From the human T2T-CHM13v2.0 reference genome, Homo sapiens, in NCBI RefSeq assembly GCF_009914755.1, contig NC_060948.1: a stretch of 64,000 bases of DNA; one strand, written 5' to 3'. The position numbers and the translations under genes were made by a program. The notes under the pieces were generated by a model. It was not told the DNA's origin. It searched no databases and saw only the letters and a program-made list of their open reading frames with translations. Position 1 is the first letter of the stretch. The number at the start of each line of letters is the position of its first letter. Of the stretch, positions 14,989-29,689 are shown piece after piece.

Positions 14989-15568
14989 GTGGAATATATA
15001 TATACATACTATATATAGTGGAATATATATATATATACTGTATATAGTGGAATATATATATATACTGTATATAGTGGAACATATATATACTATAAATATA
15101 GTGGAATATATATATACACACACTATATATATATACACTATATATATATACACTATATATATACACTATATATATATACACTATATATATATACACTATA
15201 TATATAGTGGAATACTATGTAGCATAAAAAGGAATGAATTAACACCATTTGCAGTGACCTGGATGAGATTGGAGACTATTATTTTTAAGTGATGTGACTC
15301 AGAAATGGAAAACCAAACATCTTATGTTCTCACTGGTATATGGGAGCTAAACTATGAGGACACAAAGGTATAAGAATGATCCAGTGGGCTTTGGGGATTT
15401 GTGGGGAAGAGTGGGAGGGGGCAAGGGATAATAGACTGCAAATATCGTGTAGTGTATATCGCTTGTGAGATGTGAGCATCAAAATCTCACAGATCACTAC
15501 TAAAGAACTTACTCATGTAACCAAAAGCCACCTGTACCCCAGTAACTTATGGAAAAAAATTTTAAAAA
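13984..15568 (+). mobile_element. 5'-inverted (twin-primed) L1PB-like element
   Basis: Antisense ORF2 RT fragment (~13984-14494; [20 protein letters not shown]) joined to a sense 3' end (~14495-15568) with an L1PB-type 3' UTR; TTGTATGT on both flanks as TSD remnant. Confidence 0.85.
14646..15285. repeat. AT-rich palindromic repeat, (TA)n with TTCCAC/GTGGAA units, inside the L1
   Basis: TGGATAAAGAAACTGG (14646) and its reverse complement CCAGTTTCTTTATCCA (ending 14891) flank arms centred on ATTCCACT|AGTGGAAT; 14901-14953 is an inverted copy of ~15229-15282. Confidence 0.92.
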
Positions 15569-16362
15569 CTTGTATGTAAGAGCGTGATTAAATAATTATG
15601 TCTTAGATGTTGTTCATGACATTTTTTCTTTTTTCTTTTACCTTCCTTCCTTTTTTCCTCCTTCCTTTCCCCTTCCTTCCTTTTATTTTTTCTTTTCTAG
15701 CTTTCACTGATTGCCACTAGTTCCTGGTGTTCCTGGATTTGCAGCTGAATAACTCCTATTGCTGGCTGCATCTTCACATGGACTTTTTCTTTATCGTTTG
15801 CCTCTATCTCCATGTTTCCTTTCTTCTTAGAAGGACAGCATCATTGGCTTTATAACCAACCCTAATGAGGGATAACCGTATTGTAACTTGACTGACATTG
15901 GAATAACTTGTGTGGGTCAGAGTCCTATGAATAGGTGGAGTAACTTAGATTCCAAGACTGGATTCTAAACCTCGTCTTGATCACTGTCTGATACTGGGGA
16001 ATTTTCTCATCCAAACTTCATTTTTCTTATTTATCAAAGCATTGGTGTCAGCAATTCTCATTTCAATATATCCATGTAAAAGTTAAATGAAACTGTGTAA
16101 CATGAGGTTGTTGGAATGCCTTGGTCAGATCCTATATAAGATTCAAACATCACCAGATAAGCACCACAGAATAAACAGAGCATGCCTATTTTCTAACTCA
16201 CCCTGAATCAAAAGTTTCAAATATTTTTTCCCAAAAACTAAAAGTGTTGTTCTAAAGGACAAAACAGGATAATGACAGAATTCCTGGGAAAATTTGTTTC
16301 TTGAAGAATTAGCTTACTTGTTAAATTACAGCGAAGCTAGAAAGTGGCGTAAAATTCAGTAC

Positions 16363-18787
16363 TTCCACTAATATGCACACATTGAGCCCATGTTCAATTA
16401 CATGCCATTATTGAACCAGCTCCAGTTATATAAAGCAAAGGGGCCTTTCTGGACATTCAACATCCGCCATCTTTTTTTGCACAGGGAACAGATTAAAAGA
16501 AATGAGAACACTTCTTGTTTGAGGCATTTTCCTTGCTGGTCCCATGGAGTTTGGCTGTGGGGTCCCAGCTCATTCTTTTGTTTTCCTCTTCTCTCTGTGT
16601 GAATGATGCTTTCTGCAGGGCCTATGTTTGTTCAGATATTTCTATGATGACCAACTCATCCAAGTTTGGTCAGGAACTTTCTTGTTCTACCTCTGAAAGT
16701 CCTGCACCCAGGAACTCACTCTGTCATAAGCAAACTGGCATGATTGTCATAGCCACCACAGGGTTTGACTGACTCTATCCTTTGTCAGAGGTAAACAGAA
16801 TTGAGGTGAGGTCCAAATGCTGTACCTTGTCTTGTACAGGAGAATAAAGTTACAACAAAAATCTTTTTTCTTCTATCACTTTTTATATTGCCTCATGTAA
16901 GATGAGACTCATCTCTTATTTGGCAGATTGTAAATTATGCATGTAGCACAATCTCTACCTACCTATGTAGCCAGTTTCCTAGCTGGCTACCTACCTATAT
17001 ACTTACAAACTTATCTATTTACTTAACTACCTACCTATCCACCTATCTATTTGTCTACTACCTACTAAATATGGCCTAAGTACCTATGTACCTATCTATA
17101 TTTCTTTCTATTTACCTACCTACCTACATATCTGCCCATCTATTTAGCTACCTACCCATCTACCTACCTCTGTACCTCTCTATTTACCTGTCTACCACTT
17201 ACTAAATATGACCTAAATACCTCTTGATTACAGATATTATATATCTTCTTACCTAATAGCATACCTAGCTGTCTACCTATCTACATATCTACATATTTAC
17301 TTAGCTACCTACCTTCTCACCTACTTACTAACCAAGCTACCTATATTCTCACTACGTACCTACCTACCTGCCTGTCTACTACATACTAAATATGACCTAA
17401 GTACCTATCTATATAGCCTTTCTATCTACTAAGCTACCTATCTATATAGCTGGTTAGCTAGCTACATACCAACTTATACCTACATACTTATCTACTTATC
17501 TATGTACCTATCAACTTATGAATATACCTACCTATCTACCCTACCTACCTATCTGCCTATGAAATATGACCTAAGTACTTATCTGTATACCTTTATACCT
17601 ACTAAACTACCTATCTACCTAGCTAATTAGCTACCTATCAATGTATACTTATCTACTTATCTACTTAAGTATCTACTAGTTATGAATATACTTACCTAAC
17701 TATCCACTTATCTACCCCACCTACCAGTATACCTGTTTACTACCTATTAAATATGACCTAAGCACCTATTTATTTATCTTTCTACCTACTAACCTACCTA
17801 CCTACCAAGCTACCTACTAAACTACCTATTTATCTACCTACTTACCGAACAATCCACCTACCTACATGCCTACCTGTCTAAGTACTGTGTTTGCTAACTA
17901 TTAAATATGACCTAAAAACCTATCTATATACCTTTCAACCTACTTACCTACCTATCCACCTACCTATATAAACCCACTACCTATCTACATACCTATGGGA
18001 AACCTAGATCCCAAGAAAAAAGTCAGTTTTGGAAATCAAATCCCAGACCCTGTTATTATATTGTCAGGTTAAGATGTAGTTATCCTTTCTTTTTCATTAA
18101 CTCCTCTGTGGCAACACTTGCATACTGTCACCCACATTTCTGGTCAAGTGTATACCTGACTTGGGAATTGACGGTTGGAGGGAAACTTAGCCACTGTCAT
18201 TGGCCTGAATCCCCCAATATCTTGGTCCTTGCATCACCCATTGTTCAGCCATTTGTGCCTAGTCTTGGCTGCCCTCAATGGGCAACAGTCAACATTACAG
18301 GGCTCTGATAATAAACACCTCAACAGTTTCCTCGATGTCCTTTGTAAAATGCATACTCACTTACACCATGCTTCACACATTGATTTGAAAAAAGAGATTC
18401 AGTACCTGATTTAAATATACCACCAATTTAGTAAACTACATGATGCAAAGCATTGAGTTGTCAAATCATACCCTCTGGAGTCAACCGGGCCAGGCTTTAA
18501 TGAGAATGTCACAGGAATGAGTCATTTTGCAACACAGTAAAGAAGGGAGTTTCTTTTCTTCCATCACCACTACTCAAGTTTCCTCTTTGCACATTGTATG
18601 TTTCTAGCCAGGTTGATGGATGAGGTTTCTAACAAAGACCAATGACCCCTTTACCATCAAAAAATAAAAATTTGGGGTCAGAAAATATATTTTTTTCTTT
18701 ACTCAGTTGCACAGCTTAGTTAAATGTGTCCAGGGAGCTATTTCACATAAATCCATAGATGCCATGTTTCTTTGCCGTAAAAGGTTC
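16363..18787 (-). pseudogene. Fossil exons: 18703-18787, 18472-18526, 18361-18405, 18156-18304, ~16363-16825
   Basis: AG acceptors (one decayed) and donors gtaaag, gtatga, gtgagt, gtatac; the 16.8-kb block reads GTAFGPHLNSVYL*QRIESVKPCGGYDNHASLLMTE*VPGCRTFRGRTRKFLTKLG*VGHHRNI*, with all four stops TGA; the correct frame in the 18-kb blocks is ambiguous. Confidence 0.55.
16955..17996. repeat. Degenerate (TACC/TATC)n repeat with a 140-190 bp higher-order unit
   Basis: AAATATGACCTAA(G)TACC-like marker recurs at ~17066, 17203, 17387, 17561, 17748 and 17902. Confidence 0.85.
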
Positions 18788-19742
18788 CTAAACAACTAGG
18801 TACATCATGCTGAAACAGACCATAGATAAGGATTATTTTGCTAGCAAAAACCATTTGGTTGGTTCACTATAAGGTCTGCAAGGAGGATAATTAGAATAAA
18901 ATGAGCCTGAATCTCTTGTGCTAACTCCCACACCAAAGGAAATAAATGGGTAGAAAGCCTGTTACTTTAATTGTTGGCTTCCCAGTGAAGAAACCTAAAG
19001 ATTTTTATTGATATTAATATACACAGGCACTATCCCAACATTCTCTCTCTCTCCCTTAACTTAGTTAGCTTTAAGCCTTCCAAGTCTATAAAAGTACACT
19101 TTAAGTTAGTTAAAGTGTAGAATTTGAAGAGTTGATAAAGACATCTCTAAAGATGACCAGGAGTGAATTAATCACATTAATTCCATTCTGCTCAAAACAT
19201 ATTACAATGAGGAAAAGCATGAAAGAAAATATCAGAGCAAAAAGAAAAAAAGGATAATTACATGACTTTGCTATAGAGTCCTACTCCTCTTTTCATTATA
19301 TCTCTTTTCTACATCCACCTTGGCAATCTACTGGTACCTCTATGTTCAGATCCAAAATTATGACCTGCCCCTGGGATTCCCTCTCTTGCTCTTGGTCCCA
19401 CTTACATGTTCCAATGTCTTACATAGCATTACCAAAAACAAGCACAAATCCTTAGAGATCCTTGATTTTTTTTCTTCTTATTAATGGGTCAGCGAATGTC
19501 TGTAGAATCCAAGTCTTGCACTATATTGATTCAATCATTTTCTTTCATTGATTTTTTTCTGTAAGAGTCACAAACTTCAGCTTCCTGAGTCCCAAGAATT
19601 TGAAGATACATTCTGGAGTGTTTCCCAATGTAATTTGTTAGTAGCTGCTGCACATTATGTTTATTGTTTTAGTTTGAGTAGACCCTTCTGTCAGGGAAGG
19701 TCTGTCCAGTGCATGAAGGAAGGACTATCTGGGTTGCGGGAA

Positions 19743-20041
19743 TTTTTTTTTTTTTTTTTGAGACAGAGACTCACTCTGTCACCCAGGCTGGAGGGCAGTG
19801 GCATGATCTTGGCTCACTGAAAGCTCTGCCTCCAGGATTCACACCATTCTCCCTTCTCAGCCTCCTGAGTAGTTGGAACTATGGGCATCCGCCACTATGC
19901 CTGGCTAATTTTTTGTATTTTTACTAGAGAGGGGTTTTCACCACATTAGCAAGGATAGTCTTGATCTCTTGACCTCGTAATCCACCTGCCTTGGCCTCCC
20001 AATGTGCTGGGATTACAGGCTTGAGCCACCACACATAGCCT
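19743..20041 (-). mobile_element. Alu (Sc/Y-like)
   Basis: Full dimer with poly-T. Confidence 0.9.
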
Positions 20042-20258
20042 GGGTTGCTGTTTTATTTGCAATTGCAGATGGCTTTCTCCTCAACTTCCATCTAGGGTGC
20101 CTTCTCTAGAGCCCATGATAAATTATGTTGTCATACATTTTATTAATTAAAAAAATTAAAATTATCTCAGACCTCATGGGATTCCCTTACCTAACACACA
20201 TTCCCTTACCTCCCTAAGTTCTAATTTCTGGAAGCCTCCACTTGCCTCTGGTACTCAT

Positions 20259-20354
20259 AATTTTTTATTATACTTTAAGTTTTAGGGTACATGTTCACAA
20301 TGTGCAGGTTTGTTACATATGTATACATGTGCCATGTTGGTGTGCTGCACCCAT
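20259..20354 (-). mobile_element. Extremely 5'-truncated L1PA 3' tip (~95 bp)
   Basis: TTATACTTTAAGTTTTAGGGTACATG..CACAATGTGCAGGTTTGTTACATATGTATACATGTGCCATG. Confidence 0.88.
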
Positions 20355-20731
20355 TTTAGCAAAATTATTTTTACGCTAAACACTTTTGGAACATTTCCTT
20401 TACTTTATTTTTCTTATTGAAAGCTTGGCCCTTCCTTGGGAAGTAGCAATTCATTGGCAGCACCTTTCAATAGAGACAGTTCTCTTTTTCAGTTTTCTCA
20501 TCCCCAGGGCTAGAGGCGGCATGATCTCCTTTTGCCTGATGACAGCTTCCTGCAGAATCTCCTTTTTTAAAAAGGCCAGCTTTGGAGCTTATATTATTGG
20601 TCATGTTGGCTATGTCACTTTCCCCCTCCCTCCTAAGGGACAACCATGGAGGAATCCATTGTTTGCTGAAAATTTTAGCATGGGATTCACAGACACTACT
20701 TTTGTTTTAGTAAGTGAATATTTTAAAATTA

Positions 20732-20902
20732 ATGGAGTTTCAACCTCAGGTACATATTGACATCTTGGAGGAGATTTGAAAATTATAAAGCCTACAAAAT
20801 AATAAAGCCTCTGTCCTCAGAGAGTTTCAGATTCTGTGACTTGGACTCTGCTTTCAGAAGTTCCCCAACTGAGCATAATGCATAGCCAGGATTGAAAACC
20901 AC
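20732..20902. mobile_element. MER5-type hAT MITE
   Basis: Decayed inverted ends GGAGTTTCAACCT... and ...AATGCATAGCCAGGATTGAAAACCAC. Confidence 0.6.
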
Positions 20903-21944
20903 ACACATAAATGGTCTTTTCAATACCTTGGTTATTTCAGTTTCTTGATCTCTTGCATGGTTTTCCTTGTTGCTAATTCTGACATGCATTCCTATATTCT
21001 CAACCTTCTCATTACTCACAACCAAAAAGCATAGACAATCTTTCCAGTGCATTCATATTTCCATTTCTTTATGTCTTCTCTTGCATATTTTTTATTTTTC
21101 CTGACTCTGGAATGCATGCCCATAATCTCCACATTCTCATTACTCATAACTCTGACATCAGTTTTAAAGATTTACATCCTCTAATTACCATTTATCACTT
21201 TTTCTTTTCTGTTCCTCATGCTGACAGTCTTCAGTTCTGCTAGGACTGAAACTTACTGTTTTTGGTTTGATTTTTACCATTGCATTGCTATTTGTTGCCC
21301 CGTTCCTGTTCTTATGGCTACTCTTATTTACCTTCAATGATGTGTGCCACCATGATATTCCTTGTTTGCCTTCACCTATAACTCCATTTACTCTCTGGAA
21401 AGGAACCTCATTTGAAAACATGAAAAAAAAATATGATGACAGATTGGTATTTTGTTATATAGAATAGACAAGGTGATAACTGCAGTAAGAAAATCATATA
21501 CTAATTCAGAGTCCCTTAAGATAGCAAGGGTTTGTTTCTAACTCTTGACAACTGTTCAGAAAAGTTATTTCCCATGCAGATGGCTCTGTTCCTAATTTGT
21601 AGCTCAACAATCTGGAAAAGGTGGCCTCCTTAGTGTATACAGGAAAGGAAGGAAAACTGGATAACTCCACATAGAATTGTTTGTGTGTATTTCATTAGTG
21701 AGAAATAGGTGTATCATCTCACTGAATAGCCAGGAGCCTGAGATGCAGTCTCTTCAAGGCTGGAAGGGATGACAATCATTTACTGATGAATACTAGTAAT
21801 TGTGGGGGATTTTGGGGGGTTTACAGATCATATTATTTATTTTTTCAACTATCTTACTTTATTCCAGATTACGGGTAACAGGCAATAACAATATATTATT
21901 AGGTAACACAGTGAATTGACTCCTCTGCTAATCCCTTGATTTAA

Positions 21945-23150
21945 AAAAAAATTTTCAAAAGTTTTGAAGGGAAAGGTGGTATTTGCTGCACAGAAAAGTT
22001 CTTCAGTGGTGATTTCCAAGATTTTTGCTGCACCCATCCACCGAGTAGTGTACACTTTACCCAATGTGTGGTCTTTTACTCTCACCCCCACTTCCACCCT
22101 TCCCCCCAAGTCCCCACAGTCCCTTATACCATCCTTATGCCTTTGTGTCCTCATAGCTTAGCTCCCACTTATAAGAGAGAACATGTAATATTAGGTTTTT
22201 TATTTCTGAGTTACTTTGCTTAGAATAATGGTCTCCAACCCCAACCAGGTTGCTGTGAATGCCATTATTTTTTTCCTTTTTATGGCTCAATAGTAAGTTA
22301 GTGTATATATATATTACATTTTCTTTATTCACTTGTTGGTTGATGGGCATTTAGTCTAAATACTTATTTTAGCAATTGAAAATTTTACTGTTGTAAACAT
22401 GCTTGTGCAAGTGTCTTTTTTATATAGACACTGACTTAACTTTTCTTTGGGTAGATATCCACTAGTGGGATTGGTGAATCAAATGGTAGTTGTGATGGTT
22501 AATATTGAGTTCAACTTGATTGGATTGAAGAATGCAAGGTATTGTTCCTGAGTGTGTCTGTGAGGATATTGACAAAGGAGATTAACATTTGAATTGGTGG
22601 ACTGGCAGAGGCAGATCACCATTATTCTTGGTAGCCACCATCTAGTCAGCTGCCAGTGCAGCTAGGATAAAAGCAGGCAGAGGAAGGTGGAAGAACTAGA
22701 CTGGCTGAGTTTTCTGGCCTCCATCTTTCTCCCATGCTGGATGCTTCATGGCCTCAAACATCAGGCTACAAGCTTTTGGACTTTTGAACTTACACCAGTG
22801 GTTTGCCAGGGGCTCTCAGGCCCTTGGCCACAGACCGAAGGCTGCACTGTTGGCTTCCCTACTTTTGAGATTTTTGGGATTCAGAATGGCTTCTTTGCTC
22901 CTCCGCTTGCAGATGGCTTATTGTGGGATTTCACCTTGTGATTATGTGATTCAATACTCCTTAATAAACTCCCTTTAATATTTATATCTATCCTATTACT
23001 CCTATCCCTCTAGGGAACCCTGACTAATACAGTAGTTCTTCTAGTTCTTTAAGGAATCTCTGTACTGTTTTCCACAGTGGTTGTACTAGTTTACATTCCT
23101 GCCAGTAGTATAAAAGTGTCCACTTTTCACCACATCCAGGCCAACATCTG
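21945..23150 (-). mobile_element. L1PB/L1MA 3' portion interrupted by MLT2
   Basis: AAGTTCTTCAGTGGTGATTTCCAAGATTTT..CTCCCACTTATAAGAGAGAACATG; continues after the LTR (TAGTTCTTTAAGGAATCTC). Confidence 0.85.
22491..23031 (+). mobile_element. MLT2A-like (ERVL) solo LTR
   Basis: TGTGATGGTTAATATTGAG...GAACCCTGACTAATACA; 5-bp TSD GTAGT. Confidence 0.92.
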
Positions 23151-23179
23151 TTATTTGTTCAGTAAGACTGAGCACATTT

Positions 23180-23458
<279 letters not shown>

Positions 23459-23689
23459 CCCATTTTCTTGATCAGCAATTGAAGGTCAGAGTTGTAATCT
23501 AATTTATTCAAACTTCACTACCATTAAGAATGATAAGATGTCAATAACGATTTGCCTATAAGTTACACCATGAGTTCTACTCCTATAGCAGAACAATTAA
23601 GCCCAGAACAGAATGTCACACCTGGATTAGAGGTGTGATTTGAAGACCAGTGTCATGTTTCTTCTTTGTGCATTCATTTGTGATAGACA

Positions 23690-25115
23690 CCTTAATTTTT
23701 AGTATCTTCAGAATGAGCTCCATTTTGGTTCCCAAAGCTCCTGGTTGTTTCATCCTAAACAAGTTCACATATTTGAGTTGTCTTCCTGACCAAGAAAGCC
23801 ATCTGAGCTTGTGGTTCTACCTTTTAACCTCTATAAGGCACAATAACCTGAGATGCAATAACCCAAGGCAAGTTTATTTTGGTGGAATATCAATCCTATC
23901 TGCTAACTAGCTTTAAAACAAATACCTCTACAATTAATTTGTTTAATCTGTTGCCAACCAGCTGAAAAAGTACAATAAAAACTGATTACTTGTTTTATTT
24001 CTTGAGACCTTGATGCTGCAAATATTAGACCAGCCATGGCACACAAGCCTTGAATAAACCAGTTGAAAAAAATTTCATTTAAATGACCAGCATCCTCCTC
24101 ACTTTGTCTCCTGATCTTAGTGAACTGATGTTATCCTTTCCAATAAATAATATTTCAGGATTATGAGTGCTTTATTGTGTTGATCTCTTCCCTCCAAGGA
24201 GTAGAGTGGACATCAGGGATCATCTACTTAATACTGGAACTTGACTCTGTCTGATTTAGCTTCCAGCTTCAGAAGCATTTTGGTTTTAATTGTGTTTACC
24301 TTTTAATGACTACAGTCAAAGATCAGCAATAATAAATATTCATCTACCACTGCATCTGAGGGAGAGGTGCTCCAAAAATCAACTGCAGTAAGTTAAAACA
24401 TCATCAGTCGCATTAAATATCACTATTTATACAATTCTTCTCCTTGTACTCTTGTCTCAGGAAATTGTTTGGAAATGCAAATTCAGACTTTAAGGTCACA
24501 GTCAGGGATATTCTGTAACTCTGGATTGAATGAATATTTCAGACATCCATACCTAGTACCCAAAATATTCTGTTTCATGAAACTTTGGCAAATAACTGAG
24601 GCAGGGAGGAGTATGGGGGTTAATGTATATTGATTAGGAAACAGCAGGTCATCAAACTTCTTTTCCCAGCATTTTGAACAAGATTTTGAACTGTTCCTAC
24701 CCTGCTTACACCAGAATAAAAATTTCCATGACTTTACTGATGTGTGGATTCTTTTTACTGGCTACATGATCACAGTAAGTTCACAACCCCAATGCCTCCC
24801 TTTCCTTACCTGTTAACAGGATCACAGTGCATCCATCATGAGGCTACAATTAGGTAATACAAGCAGAGAGGGTGGCAGAAATCCTGTAAAGAGAAATACC
24901 CCCCAAAGACATTGGCTGTTACGATTAATCCATTCTGCCTGCAGTACTGTTCTAAGAAGTCACAGAACAAAATCAGCTACCCAGATTCACAAGTAATTCC
25001 ATCTGATCATGCACATCTAACCATTTCAAAAACATGGAAACAAAAGTTACCAGTTGATGGAATGTGCTGAATACAGGAAAATAGTGTTCCATCTGCTGAT
25101 TTATTGACCTTCCAG
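23690..25115 (-). pseudogene. Further exon-like blocks (~23690-23847, ~24450-24553, 24923-24951, 24981-25016, 25051-25115)
   Basis: For example WKVNKSADGTLFSCIQHIPSTD|VHDQMELLVNLE|QYCRQNGLI after removing 34-bp and 29-bp GT-AG segments; a MIR lies at ~24750-24925. Confidence 0.45.
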
Positions 25116-26053
25116 TTGAACAGAAATAGTGAATCCCTGTATAGAGTTAAAATTCTTTTCACATACAAACTTCCATCCATTAAGTGTGGTTGAACCTCAA
25201 ACAACATGTTGGATATTGATTCCTGAATAGAAACTCTAAATATAATGCTTAATGCTTGTAGGATTTACTGTGAATATATTTACATGTTCTTACAGGAGTT
25301 AAATGTCAGGATTTAAAGGTTATGCCAATGGATTGTCCACATGGATTCCAAAATTGATTCTTACTAATCTCTTTCTTCATTTTTCAGTCAGAAAATATGA
25401 TTTAATTCACGAGCATGATGTTGTAATCAAGACCACATTAGAATCCCAGGGTTAGCTCTTACCCTGTTTGTCACCATGGGCAAACCAAGATGTCCAAGAT
25501 CTCTCATCTGAAAGGTGAAAATAAAAAATATGTCCTACATAGCTCTTTCAGTTATTATGAATATAAAATGACTGATTGCGTATGTGATGGCTTTATAAAT
25601 TATAAAGTGCTATGATATGTAAGACTCTTGAATTGACTCCAAAATGTATGAGTGGAGCATGTCTTCTCTTTTCTCCTAATTTATTTGGATTTCCTTGTCC
25701 ATTATCCCTGGACTGTTTGCTCCTCAACTTTTTAGGCTACCAAAAGAAAGTCCTAAAGTTGGTAGAACTAGCTTTTCCTAACTTGTCCCTGGAGGTGCTG
25801 GAGAAAAGCAGCATGGCAAATGGTGGTAACCTTAAGTTATGACAATGACCCCTAAGGTAGACTGTGGTACTGCCCAGAAGTCCTACTATATTATCTTTCT
25901 TAATTTAGTCTCCCAATCCCATGCAAGCCAACTTTGCATTTTGTCCTTTCTGCTTAAACTTCTAAAGCCTGTTTGTGCTCTTCAAACTTGGCTAATGACC
26001 TCGTTTTGGGTTTCTCTAAGAAAAAAAAAGCATATTAGAGGGAATTTGCTCAT

Positions 26054-26429
26054 TGTATTTGTCCATTCTCACACTATACCTGAGACTGGGTAATTTATAA
26101 AGAAAATAGGTTTAATCAGCTTGTGGTTCTGTGGACTGTACAGGCTTTTTCTTCTGGGGGAGGCCTCAGGAAACTTACAGTCATGGTGGAAGGCAAAGGG
26201 GAAGTAAGAATGTCTTTACATGGCTGGCAGGAGAGACAGAGAAAAGTGTGACACTTTCAAACAACCAGGTCTTGTGAGAACTTACTTATGAGACACCACT
26301 AGGAGGATTGTCCTAAACCATTAAAAATTACCCTTATATCCAATCTCCTCCCATCAGGCCCCACCTCCAAAGTTGGGAACTACAGTTGAACATGAGATTG
26401 GGGTGGGGACACAGAAACAAACCATATCA
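26054..26429 (-). mobile_element. MST (MaLR) LTR
   Basis: TGTATTTGTCCATTCTCACAC..ACCTGAGACTGGGTAATTTATAAAG...GGGACACAG..AAACCATATCA. Confidence 0.88.
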
Positions 26430-26583
26430 TCTGTGGTATCACATCTATAGGTATTCTTCTTGAGGAAATAGTTAATGTGGTAGGTCTATTTTACTTAATT
26501 CTAGCTTATCTCTGCAGCCTTGACAATGACCCTTGATCAAACTGTGAGAACAACACTAGTGAAACATTCAGATATGTATTTTA

Positions 26584-27040
26584 TGTATTAGTCAGGGGTC
26601 TCTAGAGAAACAAAAACATATAAGATATATACAGTGATATATAGAAAGATATTTATTATGGGGAATTGACTTACATTACTATAGAGGCTGAGACATCCCA
26701 CAATCTGCCTTCTGCAATTTGCAAGCCCAAGAATGCTTGTGGTGTAGTTACAGTCTAAATGAAATGACTGAGCACAGAAGACAGATGTCCCACATACAGA
26801 AGAGAGAGTAAATTTGCTCTTAACCTTTAATTTTAATTCTTTTATTCAGTTCAGGAATTCAAGGGATTGGATAATGCCAACGTACATTGGTGAGAGCAAT
26901 CTTCTTTATTCAGTCTACTGACTCAAATGTTAATCTCCTCTGGAAACACCATCACTAACATATACAGAAATAATGTGTTTCTCACTATTTGGGCATCCCT
27001 TAGCTCAGACAAACTGACAAAAAAAAATTGTCTATGCCAC
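26584..27040 (-). mobile_element. MLT2 (ERVL) LTR, old
   Basis: TGTATTAGTCAGGGGTCTCTAGAGAAACA...CAAATGTTAATCTCCTCTGGAAACACC. Confidence 0.8.
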
Positions 27041-27504
27041 TAGGAAAATATGTTGTTCTGTATACCCAAGCAGTGGGTCAAGATGAACTGGTCTGTCAAC
27101 CTTATTTGCTGTAAATATGATGATTCATGATGTGAGCCTTTTGTGGTTTTTGGGCTCAGCACCATGGCTAGTCATCTAAGAATATATACGTATTTGAGTA
27201 GCCTTCTTTTATAACTCTGAACCCTGGGACTTGAGTTAGATTCCCTGTGTAGAAATCTTGCATGCGTCTTTAAGGTTTATGCTGGAGAGTGTGACCATCA
27301 CAGAAAAGGAGAAGGAAGTTTCAGAAAATTATGTGATTTTCCCAGCCTTTGTCTAGGAATGTATTTTTCCTGTTGTTCCTTTCTGAAATATCCACTCCAC
27401 TTGGACACTCGTGCTTATATCCTCTCATCTACACAAGGATGATTCATCTATTATATCCTCTCTCTTTTCTCCATGGATAACCTTTTCCATCATCAATACT
27501 TGTT

Positions 27505-27799
27505 TTGTTTCAGAGACAGGGCCTCACTGTGTCACCTGGGCTGGAGTGCAGTGAGGCAATCACAGTTCACTGCAGCCTCAAACTCTTAGGCTCCAACCAT
27601 CCTCATTCCTAAGCCTTCCAAGTAGCTGATACTATAGGTGAGCACCACCATGACCAGCTAATTTGTTTATTTTTATTTTTGTAGAGATGGAATCTCACCA
27701 AGTTGTCCGGTCTGGTTTTGAAATCGTGGCCTTAGCCAATCTTCCTACCTCTGCTTCCCAAAGTGTTAGGAATATAGGCATGAGCCATTGTGCCTGGCC
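27505..27799 (-). mobile_element. AluJ
   Basis: Diverged dimer. Confidence 0.85.
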
Positions 27800-28509
27800 A
27801 TTCCTTCATAAATCTTTAAGTTGATCATTCCATCAATTCAAAACACGCTGAAATATAAGCTACCTTAAAACAAACACACACACAAACCATCTAGACTTGG
27901 CAAAACTCAGATACTTACTTCAGTAATGCCAAGTGTCTCCAGTTATACTCACCATCTTTAATTCATTTCCTGATATTCTTTGAGAAGCTACTCCAATAAG
28001 ATTTTCCTTATTGTTGTGCAGACACTACTATAGCCTAGGCCACTAGTGCCTCTTTGGTGACATTTCCAGCAGTCATTTGTATAATTTCAACATACTAGTT
28101 CTACCAGCTTCATTTGAAGTAGGTGATGATTTCCTTACTTTTTCTCTGACATGATGCCATTTCTTGGACTTCCTTTTAGAACAATGGCAACTTCTTTCTC
28201 TGTATTTTTGATATTTTTCTGTATTTCCCTTATACTCTAAAATTTTGAGAGTTCCAGAGCTCAGTTTTAGAGTGAGCTTATATTTTGTACATTAACTCTG
28301 TATTTGATATCATCCTGTTCTACAGGGTTAAATAGCTTTCATTTCTTGATAATGCCTACATTTATATCTGGACCAATGACTTTTTTTCTTCTCCCAGAAT
28401 CTTGGAAGAAAACTCCAAAATTTTATATCCCACCACGAATTTGCACTCACAACAAGATGCATTATTGACATCTCCAGATGTTTTAAATATCTTTCTTTCC
28501 ATTTATTGA

Positions 28510-29105
<596 letters not shown>

Positions 29106-29477
29106 AGGTCTTTTAAAATTTCTCTAAACAATATAGTTTTCTGGATAAGATACTTCACATCTGTCATTCTATTAGTTCCTAGGTCCTTGATGTTTTTAAG
29201 ACATTGGAAGCATCCCCTTATAAAATTAATTTTGCTATTTGTTCCTGACTGTGTTAATATCAGCAGGTGCATAGTGGGAATCAGCTGAGCTGTTTTGCTG
29301 GAATAGGAGGCATAGCTTCATGGCATTGATCCCTGATTGAACATCTCTGGATTAACTTGTTAAAAATACTGTCTTGAGCACTACCTCCCACCTGAGTTTG
29401 TCCCTGAAATATTTCCCACTTACACAAAAAAGTTATACCATTACTCTAACAGTTCTCTAACAGTTGCATAGCCTAAT

Positions 29478-29681
<204 letters not shown>

Positions 29682-29689
29682 GGGCTAAG

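Larger units (their letters stand above)
19405..21420 (-). pseudogene. Possible large low-complexity fossil exon interrupted by Alu, short L1 and MER5
   Basis: Strong A/G skew on the minus strand; K/E/S/N-rich open stretches (ORFs 21185-21421 and 20792-21052; RREGESDIANMTNNISSKAGLFKKGDSAGSCHQAKGD near 20.6 kb); donor gtaagt near 19404. Confidence 0.45.

Noticed and set aside
14567-15292. Tyr/Ile-rich ORFs
   Set aside because: Translations of (TA)n repeats
24750-24925. Apparent additional minus-strand exon with an AG|gtaagg donor
   Set aside because: The sequence matches a MIR core and tail; this shows that by-eye exon calls can give false positives
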